Below, piece by piece: positions 28,113 through 36,175 of a DNA stretch of 64,000 nucleotides. The DNA is from Myxococcales bacterium (lineage in GTDB: Bacteria; Myxococcota_A; UBA9042). The notes beneath the pieces are model-generated. The model worked only from the letters and a program-made list of their open reading frames with translations, did no database searches and was not told the origin of the DNA. Each line of letters starts with the position of its first letter. Positions within the stretch are counted from its first letter, which is position 1. Position numbers and translations under genes: made by a program. The stretch is from positions 1,287 to 65,286 of the forward strand of contig CANMNA010000002.1 in NCBI GenBank assembly GCA_947499075.1. Direction: 5' to 3'.

Positions 28113-30098
28113 TCACTTGCACAGACCTTCGCACTTGGCCTCGCAGGTGCCCTTGCAGCACACGCTCTTGCCGTTGGGGCCGCACGGCAGGCCGTCGGGC
28201 GCAGGCGCGTTGCGGCACAGCCCGCCGGGCGTGCAGGAGTTGAGGCCGCACTCTTTGGCGCCCGCATCGCAGTCGGTGTCGACGGCGCAGGCGCGGCGGA
28301 ACGTCAGGCGGGTGTCGCGCTCGTTGTCGAGCTCTTCAAACCGGTAGTCGATCTCGGCGGTGCCGACAAAAATGTTCTCCAGGCTCTGAAACAGGTTGTT
28401 TTGATATTTCATGCGGCCGCGCATCGCCCGCATTTGGCCAATCGGCTCGCTCTTGACGTTGTTGTCGACAAAGCCGACGCGCCAAGTGCCGGCCAAGGCA
28501 TAGCGCACCTTGAGGATGGCGCGGCTCATGCTGTCGCTCCACTTCTCCGCGTCGCTGCGGTTAAACGAGGCGGTGCTGATCAGCTGGTAGGTGCCTTCGG
28601 ACCGGCACGCCAACTCTTGCAGGGTCTCGTCGGGCTCAGTGTGGCCTTTGGACTGAATCTGGATGACGTGGATATGAATGGGAAAGCCGTCTTGGGCCAT
28701 TTTGTGCAGCAGTTCTTTGTAGCGCACGGTCGTGAACGAGCACTCTTTGCGGCACTGGCCGCCGGCCTTGAACGGCTGGACGAATGTGAAATTGTCGTTG
28801 GGTGTGCAGGTGTCCGGACCGTCGGTTAGCAGCACAATGTGCTTGGCGTTGCCCTTGGTTTCAGGGTGGACAGGCCCGGCGGGGAACGCCTTGAGGAAGT
28901 CGTAGCCTGCTTGGATGGCCTCATACACCGGCGATCGGCCGTTGCCTTCGTACTTGGCCAAGGCTTCGATGCCGTACTTGTTGAAGGCTTTTTTCTGGGC
29001 ATTGGCGCCGTAGCAAAAGCTCAACTGGTCGTTGGGCGCACGATTGGGTACGGTTGCCTTGGTTTGGTCTGGGCGCGGCCCGCAGCGAAAATTTGAGCCG
29101 GCCTTGCTGCTGGTGATGCAGTCGGTGTCGCTGGTGCAGGCCAAGCCTTCGACGATGGTATAGCTGCCCGCACCATCGTCGGCTTGGCAGACCACATCAT
29201 CGGTGCACGCGGCGTAGACCTGCTCTTTTTCGGAGTAGCCCAGCGCGACAACGCGGTCCTGGGCGTTGAGCGAGTCGATGAGCTGGCGCGCGCCATCGAC
29301 GAGCACGTAGCGCGGATCTGAGGCGCACTCAATGAAGTCGCCGGGCGGCTTCAAGGTGCCCGGGGTGTCTTCAGCGAAGTTGCTGGCGTTCTTGCACAGC
29401 GGCTGATCGGTGGCCATAAAGCCCGACACTGAGCCGGTGTGGTCGACGATCACAGCGACGTTTTGGAAGGTATCGGACTTGTCCTTGTCGCAGCGCAGGG
29501 CATCGCGCCGGAAATTCACTGCTTTGGCCTTCTGGGAGGACTTGGTGCCGCCGCCCGCGCATCCGCCGCTGCCTTGGGTACCGGCGTGCTGCTCGTAACA
29601 ATCGAGCTCAAGGGTAAAGTGACCGGGGGCGACGGTGCTGAACTCTTTGCTGGTCGACAGCGACTGGAATTCGATGCGCTCGCCCTCCTTGATGCCGAAG
29701 TCCTTCTCGTTTGCGCACTTGGGCTTGTTCTTGCGGTTGTTGGGGTCAGACGACACCAAGTTGACGGTCAACTCCATGCCATTGGGATCGGCCTCAGTCT
29801 GGCCGGGCAACAGGTCGCCCGCCTCGTCGCGCAGCGGCGCACCGCACACGCGCTTGATCGCGCCGGTCTGGGTGTTGATGATCGCCGGAAACGCCGACAC
29901 CACCTGCACAGTCTGAAACGCGATCTGGTCCAAACTAAACCGGGCGGAGTAATCACAGGAGGCTAAGCCGCCGGTGATCGTCCAGACCGTGGCCGCGGTG
30001 CCAGCCAGCATCGCCCAAGGCAAAACTACGCGACGGGCGCCAGTGGCGGCGGCCGACTGGGTGCGGGCGGCCGAAGATTTGGGATGCAATTGTGCCAT
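28113..30098 (-). CDS. Cysteine-rich lipoprotein with a von Willebrand factor A domain (CglB-like adhesin?)
   Basis: The lipobox is LASC after a hydrophobic segment. A VWA core (VAVIVDHTGS ... HIVLLTDGPD) is present and more than 40 Cys are spread through the protein. It is the first gene of the Glt/Nfs-like operon. The start is ambiguous (ATG 30098, ATG 30011 or TTG 30125). Confidence 0.55.
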   Translation of the reverse strand: MAQLHPKSSAARTQSAAATGARRVVLPWAMLAGTAATVWTITGGLASCDYSARFSLDQIAFQTVQVVSAFPAIINTQTGAIKRVCGAPLRDEAGDLLPGQTEADPNGMELTVNLVSSDPNNRKNKPKCANEKDFGIKEGERIEFQSLSTSKEFSTVAPGHFTLELDCYEQHAGTQGSGGCAGGGTKSSQKAKAVNFRRDALRCDKDKSDTFQNVAVIVDHTGSVSGFMATDQPLCKNASNFAEDTPGTLKPPGDFIECASDPRYVLVDGARQLIDSLNAQDRVVALGYSEKEQVYAACTDDVVCQADDGAGSYTIVEGLACTSDTDCITSSKAGSNFRCGPRPDQTKATVPNRAPNDQLSFCYGANAQKKAFNKYGIEALAKYEGNGRSPVYEAIQAGYDFLKAFPAGPVHPETKGNAKHIVLLTDGPDTCTPNDNFTFVQPFKAGGQCRKECSFTTVRYKELLHKMAQDGFPIHIHVIQIQSKGHTEPDETLQELACRSEGTYQLISTASFNRSDAEKWSDSMSRAILKVRYALAGTWRVGFVDNNVKSEPIGQMRAMRGRMKYQNNLFQSLENIFVGTAEIDYRFEELDNERDTRLTFRRACAVDTDCDAGAKECGLNSCTPGGLCRNAPAPDGLPCGPNGKSVCCKGTCEAKCEGLCK

Positions 30099-30296
30099 GT
30101 CGCAACTCAGTTGGCGGCGGGTCAACCCGGCAGGTTCTTCAACCGTGTCGTGCAGTTCCAGCCAGTTCGGGCCCGGTGGGGCGTCACACCGCTACAGCGC
30201 AACCGGCAGTACCGGCGCACAAAAACGGGCCCGTAATGTTTCCCGCAAGGGGGCGGCAAGTCAAGCACAGGTCGACAGCTCCAGTGGGACCACCCA

Positions 30297-30446
30297 AATT
30301 CCCCACAGAAATCAACCGATGCCCCCGATTTGAGATGCAGATCAAGGAACAAGGAGCTGAAAGAGCGAGGCGTACTCTGGTACGCCGCAGCGAGAGAAGC
30401 GACGCAGTGACGCAGAGATGTGCTCAAAGCGGGGGATCGCGGGCCA
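30297..30446 (+). repeat. 150-bp dispersed repeat, copy 1 (upstream of uvrA)
   Basis: It is ~93% identical to 33452..33601 and contains a GGCGTAC-tctg-GTACGCC hairpin. It produces homologous spurious ORFs on the minus strand. Confidence 0.9.
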
Positions 30447-30517
30447 GGCCAGCACTGGACATGCGTTCAGGTCTGACATAGGCTGCGGCGCCGCGCCGGT
30501 GCGCAAATGCCTGTGCC

Positions 30518-33430
30518 ATGCCTGCTTCACCCCCAGCCGACCCACAAATTGTGCCTGCCGACACCTCAAGTGCCACGGGCATTGCGCCCCAGCCCAAGGA
30601 CTGGCTGACCGTGACGGGCGCTGCGCAGCACAACCTGCAGCACGTCAGCCTGCGTTTGCCCAAGAACAAGCTGCTGGTGTTTTCGGGGCCATCGGGCTCG
30701 GGCAAGTCGTCGCTGGCGTTTGACACGCTGTACGCAGAGGGCCAGCGCCGCTACGTCGAGTCGTTGTCGGCTTATGCCCGGCAGTTTCTGGGCCAGCTGG
30801 ACAAGCCGATCTACGACAAGATCTCGGGCCTGTCGCCGACCATTGCCATCGAGCAGAAGTCGGCCGGCAGCAACCCGCGGTCAACCGTGGGCACGGTGAC
30901 TGAGATCGCGGACTACCTGCGGGTGCTGTACGCACGGATCGGCGTGCAGCACTGCCCAACCTGCGATGCCACGGTGGGCAGCCAAGAGCCCACGCAAATC
31001 GTCCGCGAAATCCTAACATTGCCGCCAGGTGCGCGGATCTTGGTGCTGGCGCCCCTGTGCCGGCAGCGCAAGGGCACGTTTAAGGAAGAGTTTGCCCAAG
31101 CGCTGGCTGATGGCTTCGTGCGGGTCCGCCTGGGCGGTCAAGTACAAGAAATCACAGCGGGCATGGCCCTTGACAAGCACGGCAAGCACGACATCGATCT
31201 GGTGATCGATCGCGCGACCGTGCAACCCGAGGAGGCGCGGCGGCTGCAGGACAGTGTGGAGCAGGCCCTCAAGCGCGGTGGCGGCAAGTGCATCGTCGCA
31301 GTGGCGAGCACCGAGCCAGCGCCGCCGTGGACCGAAAAATCCTTCAGCGAAGAGCGGTTCTGCGACACTTGCAACCGCAGTTTTGGCGAATTGAGCCCGC
31401 TGGCGTTCTCGTTCAACAGCCCGGTCGGGGCCTGTGAAGCGTGCAAGGGCTTGGGCTTTGCCATGCAGGTCGATCCGGCGCTGGTCGTGCCCGATCCAGC
31501 GCTGACGCTGCGGCAGGGTGCCGTGGTGCCGTGGAAGGGCGTAGCCGATCTGGGCGGCATGACGTTTAAGATCTTGGAGAGCATGGCCAAGTCCCAAGGC
31601 ATTGCCCTGGATACGCCGTGGCGCGAGCTACCCGAGGCCGATCGTGAAAAAGTGTTGTACGGCAGCGACGGCCGCTTTCAGATCAGCTGGTCGGGTCAGC
31701 ACGGCCAAGGGACGTGGGGCGCACGCTTTGAGGGCGTGGTACCGCAGCTGCAGCGGCGGTGGAAGGACACCAAGAGCCAGGACCAGCGCGATTTTTACCA
31801 GGGCTTTTTCGTGCAGGCAGACTGCGCGGAGTGCAAGGGCGTGCGCTTGCGGGCCGATAGCCGCGCGGTGCGGGTGGCCGGGGTGTCGCTGCCGGAGCTG
31901 GGCGGTTGGTCGATCGCCCGGGCCCGGGCTTTTCTGGCAGACATGCCACTTGTCGGCGCAGCAGCCCAAATTGCCTTAGAGGTGCAAAAAGAGCTGCTGT
32001 CGCGGTTGGGCTTTCTGGAGCAAGTGGGCCTGGAGTACCTGACTTTGGATCGCGGCTCGGCCACGCTGTCGGGCGGCGAGGCCCAGCGCATTCGGCTGGC
32101 CAGCCAAGTCGGCTCTGAGTTGACCGGCGTGTTGTACATTCTGGACGAACCTTCGATTGGGCTACACCCGCGGGATAGCCGCCGGCTGGTCCAGACCCTT
32201 TTGCGCCTGCGCGATCTCGGCAACACCGTGCTGGTGGTCGAGCACGACGAAGACACCCTGCGCAGCGCCGATTACCTGGTCGATTTTGGGCCGGGCGCGG
32301 GTCGCCTTGGCGGCCACGTGGTGGCCCAAGGCACGCCGCAGGCGGTGATGGCCGATGTGGCATCGCGGACCGGTGGCTACCTCAGCGGGCGGCTGCAGAT
32401 CGCGCGACCGGCCCAGCGGCGGTCGCCCAAGGGATGGCTGGAGATCGCGCGCGCGACGAGCCACAACCTGCGCGACTTGTCGCTGCGGATGCCGATCGGG
32501 TGCATGGTGGCGGTCACTGGTGTGTCGGGCGCCGGCAAGTCCACGCTGGTTCACGACGTGCTGCTGCCCAACCTGCACGGTGTGCTCAACCGCTCGCGCG
32601 ATGGGTGGCTGCGCTGCCAATCGATCACCGGACTTGCGGCGTTCGACAAAGTCATCGAGGTCGATCAGCAACCGATCGGCCGCACGCCACGCAGCAACCC
32701 GGCGACCTACACCAAGGCTTGGGATCTGGTCCGGCAGGTGTTTGCCGAGCTACCCGAAGCCAGGGTCGCGGGTTATGGCCCGGGGCGCTTCAGCTTTAAC
32801 GTCAAGGGTGGTCGCTGCGAGCACTGCCAAGGCGATGGCGTGCTGCAGATCGAGATGCACTTTCTGGCCGATGTCTACGTGCCATGCGAGGTGTGCCAGA
32901 GCCGCCGCTTCAACGCCGCGACGCTGGCGGTGACCTACAAGGGCAAGTCGATCGCCGATGTATTGGAGATGACGATCGACGAGGCCGCCGAACTGTTCAA
33001 GGCCCACCCTGCAATTCTCAAGGTACTGTCGACGCTGCAGCAAGTCGGCCTGGGCTACATGGCACTGGGTCAATCGGCCACGACGCTGTCGGGCGGCGAA
33101 GCCCAGCGGGTCAAGCTCGCGCGCGAGCTGGCGCGGCCCGGAACCGGCAAGACCCTGTATATGTTTGACGAGCCTACGACTGGGCTGCACTACGACGACG
33201 TGGCCAAGCTGCTCGGCGTGCTCCAACGGCTGACTGACCGGGGCAACACCGTGCTGGTCATTGAGCACAACCTCGATGTGGTGCGCGCGGCCGACTGGGT
33301 CATCGATCTGGGCCCAGAAGGCGGCGGCGGCGGCGGCAAGCTCGTCGCCGAGGGCACACCGGAGCAAGTCGCAGGCGTGGCTGCCAGCCACACTGGGCAG
33401 GCCTTGGCCCAACACGCTGGCGGGCGGTGA
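30518..33430 (+). CDS. uvrA: Excinuclease ABC subunit A
   Basis: Two ABC ATPase modules (GPSGSGKSS; GVSGAGKST) and LSGGE signatures are present, with zinc-finger Cys pairs. Length is 970 aa. Confidence 0.9.
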   Translation: MPASPPADPQIVPADTSSATGIAPQPKDWLTVTGAAQHNLQHVSLRLPKNKLLVFSGPSGSGKSSLAFDTLYAEGQRRYVESLSAYARQFLGQLDKPIYDKISGLSPTIAIEQKSAGSNPRSTVGTVTEIADYLRVLYARIGVQHCPTCDATVGSQEPTQIVREILTLPPGARILVLAPLCRQRKGTFKEEFAQALADGFVRVRLGGQVQEITAGMALDKHGKHDIDLVIDRATVQPEEARRLQDSVEQALKRGGGKCIVAVASTEPAPPWTEKSFSEERFCDTCNRSFGELSPLAFSFNSPVGACEACKGLGFAMQVDPALVVPDPALTLRQGAVVPWKGVADLGGMTFKILESMAKSQGIALDTPWRELPEADREKVLYGSDGRFQISWSGQHGQGTWGARFEGVVPQLQRRWKDTKSQDQRDFYQGFFVQADCAECKGVRLRADSRAVRVAGVSLPELGGWSIARARAFLADMPLVGAAAQIALEVQKELLSRLGFLEQVGLEYLTLDRGSATLSGGEAQRIRLASQVGSELTGVLYILDEPSIGLHPRDSRRLVQTLLRLRDLGNTVLVVEHDEDTLRSADYLVDFGPGAGRLGGHVVAQGTPQAVMADVASRTGGYLSGRLQIARPAQRRSPKGWLEIARATSHNLRDLSLRMPIGCMVAVTGVSGAGKSTLVHDVLLPNLHGVLNRSRDGWLRCQSITGLAAFDKVIEVDQQPIGRTPRSNPATYTKAWDLVRQVFAELPEARVAGYGPGRFSFNVKGGRCEHCQGDGVLQIEMHFLADVYVPCEVCQSRRFNAATLAVTYKGKSIADVLEMTIDEAAELFKAHPAILKVLSTLQQVGLGYMALGQSATTLSGGEAQRVKLARELARPGTGKTLYMFDEPTTGLHYDDVAKLLGVLQRLTDRGNTVLVIEHNLDVVRAADWVIDLGPEGGGGGGKLVAEGTPEQVAGVAASHTGQALAQHAGGR

Positions 33431-33451
33431 AGTCTTGGGGCGCCGTTTCCC

Positions 33452-33601
33452 CAATTCCCCACAGAAATCTCCCGCGGCCTCCGATTTGAGATGCAGATCA
33501 AGGAACAAGGAGCTGAAAGAGCGAGGCGTACTCAGGTACGCCGCAGCGAGACAAGCGACGCAGTGACGCAGAGATGCGCTCAAAGTGGGGGATCGCGGGC
33601 C
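33452..33601 (+). repeat. 150-bp dispersed repeat, copy 2 (22 nt downstream of the uvrA stop)
   Basis: It is in direct orientation with copy 1 and has the same hairpin. Confidence 0.9.
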
Positions 33602-33695
33602 ATTTGCCCATTGTCCGCCGCCCATTGTCCCGCTACACTACTGGCCTCCGCGCTGCCCACTTGGGTACTCACTTTGCGCGACTACAGGACCCTCC

Positions 33696-34589
33696 ATGCT
33701 GCAATTTTCCCTTGTTGCCCTCGCTTGTTGCGCGGCGCTCGCCAACGGATGTGCCCAGACCACCAATGGCGGCGGCGGCTCAGTCGTTGCCGACACCGGT
33801 GGCACCGCGGCCGCTGACACCACCGGCGCCAAGACCGACACCGTCGCTGCCGGCGAAACTGCTGGCGGCGACAGCAGCACGGTCGGTGCCGAGAAAAACA
33901 TCATCGACTTGCAGAAGGCTTCGGCGGCGTGCCCGACGCCCAACCCAGACTTTTATGGCGCCTCGCTGGGCGTGACCATCCGCAACGCCATCGTGACCTC
34001 GCCCGGTCGCGACGAGGGCAATGCCAAGCCGGCGACCCTGATTGGCCTGTTTGTGCAGCAGAAGAGCGGTGGCCAATGGTCGGGGATGTACGTCACCGGC
34101 AAGAAGAGCGACGAGTTGGGCCAAGTCAAGGTCGGCGACGTCATCACCATGACCGGCGATGTCAAAGATTTTTACTGCTTTACCCAGATCCAGAGCAAGT
34201 TTACAACGATCGAGACGCTGGGCAAAGAGCTTGCGGTGGCCCTGACGGTGACCACCGCCGACTTGGGTGACATCGCAGGCCTGGAAAAAACCGAACCCTA
34301 CGAGAGTGTACTGGTCCAGTTGCACGACGTCGTCGTCGGCGAGGATGCGCTGGGCAGCGACGGCAAGGCCCATGGCGATGTCTACATCGGCAAGGACGAC
34401 AAAGACAAGGCCCTGCGCATGGGCTCAGGGTTCTACGGCGTGTACATGTCCGACAAGAAGGACGGCACGTTTACGCCGAAGTATCCCAAGGGTACCAAGT
34501 TGGGCACGGTGACCGGCGTCGTGGAATACAGCTTCAACACATTCCGTTTGGTGATCACCCGCGACCCAGAAGGCGTGGTCAAGCCGTAG
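33696..34589 (+). CDS. Secreted lipoprotein of unknown function
   Basis: The internal ATG at 33696 gives MLQFSLVALACCAALANGC, a signal/lipobox-like N-terminus. A Gly/Thr/Ala-rich linker precedes a beta-rich domain. Confidence 0.5.
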   Translation: MLQFSLVALACCAALANGCAQTTNGGGGSVVADTGGTAAADTTGAKTDTVAAGETAGGDSSTVGAEKNIIDLQKASAACPTPNPDFYGASLGVTIRNAIVTSPGRDEGNAKPATLIGLFVQQKSGGQWSGMYVTGKKSDELGQVKVGDVITMTGDVKDFYCFTQIQSKFTTIETLGKELAVALTVTTADLGDIAGLEKTEPYESVLVQLHDVVVGEDALGSDGKAHGDVYIGKDDKDKALRMGSGFYGVYMSDKKDGTFTPKYPKGTKLGTVTGVVEYSFNTFRLVITRDPEGVVKP

Positions 34590-34639
34590 GTGATCACCCG
34601 CGACCCAGAAGGCGTGGTCAAGCCGTAGTCAAGCCGCAG
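34551..34639 (+). repeat. Tandem duplication of 39 bp (x2.3) covering the last 12 codons plus the stop of the lipoprotein gene
   Basis: The unit gtgatcacccgcgacccagaaggcgtggtcaagccgtag is repeated exactly, then followed by tcaagccgcag. Confidence 0.9.
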
Positions 34640-34690
34640 TACTTGTCCCAATCTCGCCTGCTTTTGGCAGTGTTATTCTGAGGAACCACC

Positions 34691-35653
34691 ATGGAAAAGA
34701 GCAATCTGTACGCGCTGGCCGTTGTGCTAGCCGTGTCTGGCTTCGTTGTCGGCAAGCTCGACGTCGCGAGCCGTTCTGGGGCCAGCGCCCCAGCGGCTGC
34801 GCCCGCCACGTTGTCGCCCGGTGCCGTGGTTGTGGCGGCGCCATCGCCCGTGGCCGAAACTGCGCCAGCCCCTGCTGCGGCGGCACCGAGCGCGCCGATG
34901 CCGGCCGCCGCTGCTGCGGCCGAGGCGCCCAAGCAGCCGAGCTTGCTTGACTCGCAAAGCGATGAGGGGGCCGGCAAAGGCGTCGACGTCGCCAAAGCCG
35001 GCGTGTCTCCCAAAGGTATGGCCAGCCCGTACATTGGCGTCAAAGACGCGCTGGTCGTCGTCAATGTCTACAGTGACTTCCAGTGCCCGGTCTGCAAGCG
35101 ATCGGGCGATCCGATCAAGCAGTTGGCGGTCGATTTTCCTGGCAAGGTCCGGGTCTACTTCCGCAACAATGCGCTGGCGATGCACGGCCGCAGCAAGCCG
35201 GCAGCGCTGGCGGCGTGGGCCGCCAAAAATCAGGGCAAGTTCTGGCAATACCACGACAAGCTTTTTGCCACCGGCTTGCTCGACGACGGCAGCCTAGAGG
35301 CCGCCGCCAAGGACCTAGGCCTGAACATCGACCAGTTCAAGAAAGACATCGCTGATCCCGCCAATTCAGCGCGCCTGGATCAGGAAGCCAAGTGGGCCGA
35401 AGAAATGGGTGCGTCGGGCACCCCCGGCTTTTTCGTCAACGGCATTCGTCAGGTCGGATGGGGTTCGTACATGGCCCTGAAGTCGATGGTCGCGGGCGAA
35501 ATCAGCAAGGCCGAAGAGGCGTTGGCGCAAGGCGCACCCAAAGGCGAGGTCGTCAAGCGTCGCGTTCTGGCGGGCGCGCCCCAAAATACCAAGAATGAAG
35601 GCGAAAAGGGCATCTCGGCCGACACGTGGGCCAAGAACCTGACCGCGGAGTAG
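34691..35653 (+). CDS. DsbA-family thiol:disulfide oxidoreductase with an N-terminal membrane anchor and Ala/Pro-rich linker
   Basis: The CPVC active site lies in a thioredoxin-fold context (VVNVYSDFQCPVCKR). An N-terminal hydrophobic segment is present. Confidence 0.7.
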   Translation: MEKSNLYALAVVLAVSGFVVGKLDVASRSGASAPAAAPATLSPGAVVVAAPSPVAETAPAPAAAAPSAPMPAAAAAAEAPKQPSLLDSQSDEGAGKGVDVAKAGVSPKGMASPYIGVKDALVVVNVYSDFQCPVCKRSGDPIKQLAVDFPGKVRVYFRNNALAMHGRSKPAALAAWAAKNQGKFWQYHDKLFATGLLDDGSLEAAAKDLGLNIDQFKKDIADPANSARLDQEAKWAEEMGASGTPGFFVNGIRQVGWGSYMALKSMVAGEISKAEEALAQGAPKGEVVKRRVLAGAPQNTKNEGEKGISADTWAKNLTAE

Positions 35654-35657
35654 CCCG

Positions 35658-36068
35658 ATGCGACCGATTGCCTTGCCGATGGCTGTTGTGGCGCTGTTGG
35701 TGGCCGCGAGCACCAGCGCGGGCGCTGCCCCCAAGTCCACGCTGCTCGGGCGCTACACCTGCGCGCTGTCACAAGGCGAGTTCAAGTACCCAGCGCAGCC
35801 GTGCAGCATCACCGTCAAGCAGGCCAAAGACGGCAGTGGGCGCACCCTGTGGTTCGCCAAGAGCGGCGGGTCGCAGCGCCTCAGCGGTTGGGTCGCGCCA
35901 AAAGAGGACGGTTTTGAGGTCGATGGCCAGCTGCACTGCCCGAAAGGCGCTTGTGATCAGCCCATCCAAATTCGATTCGTGGCCGTGCCGGGCGGCTTCG
36001 ATGGCGCGTTCGACAGCAACCCCGGCGGCGAAGTCAAAGTCGTGATGCGCGCCCGCAGTTCGAAATAA
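35658..36068 (+). CDS. Small secreted Cys-containing hypothetical protein
   Basis: The signal peptide is MRPIALPMAVVALLVAASTSAGA, and six Cys are present. Confidence 0.45.
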   Translation: MRPIALPMAVVALLVAASTSAGAAPKSTLLGRYTCALSQGEFKYPAQPCSITVKQAKDGSGRTLWFAKSGGSQRLSGWVAPKEDGFEVDGQLHCPKGACDQPIQIRFVAVPGGFDGAFDSNPGGEVKVVMRARSSK

Positions 36069-36073
36069 GCCGC

Positions 36074-36102
36074 TAGGAGGCTGTCGGAGAACCTCCTTTT
36101 TG
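36074..36102. terminator. Putative bidirectional intrinsic terminator
   Basis: A GGAGG-ctgtcggagaa-CCTCC hairpin is followed by TTTTT. It lies between convergent genes in a low-GC gap. Confidence 0.5.
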
Positions 36103-36175
36103 AGCCATTTCTGCCGCGCAACTTATTGATAGCATTAATTCGAAAAACCAGAAACTGGAGTATTCCGACACCCAC

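Noticed and set aside
30122-30427. 101-aa minus-strand ORF (and its homologue inside 32750..33625) sharing SLRHCVASLAAAYQSTPRSFSSLFLDLHLKS
   Set aside because: Both are translations of the two copies of the 150-bp repeat. The second also runs antisense through uvrA. They are repeat artefacts, not a gene family.
30297-33601. Retron (msr/msd) or MITE interpretation of the 150-bp repeats
   Set aside because: There is no reverse transcriptase gene adjacent, no terminal inverted repeats and no target-site duplication visible. The repeats are left as an unexplained dispersed repeat.
34691-36068. Selenoprotein candidates (in-frame TGA) near selA, for example the DsbA-like CxxC protein
   Set aside because: The active site is CPVC with Cys codons. 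No pair of same-frame ORFs split by a single TGA with a downstream hairpin was found by eye. A genome-wide SECIS search would be needed.
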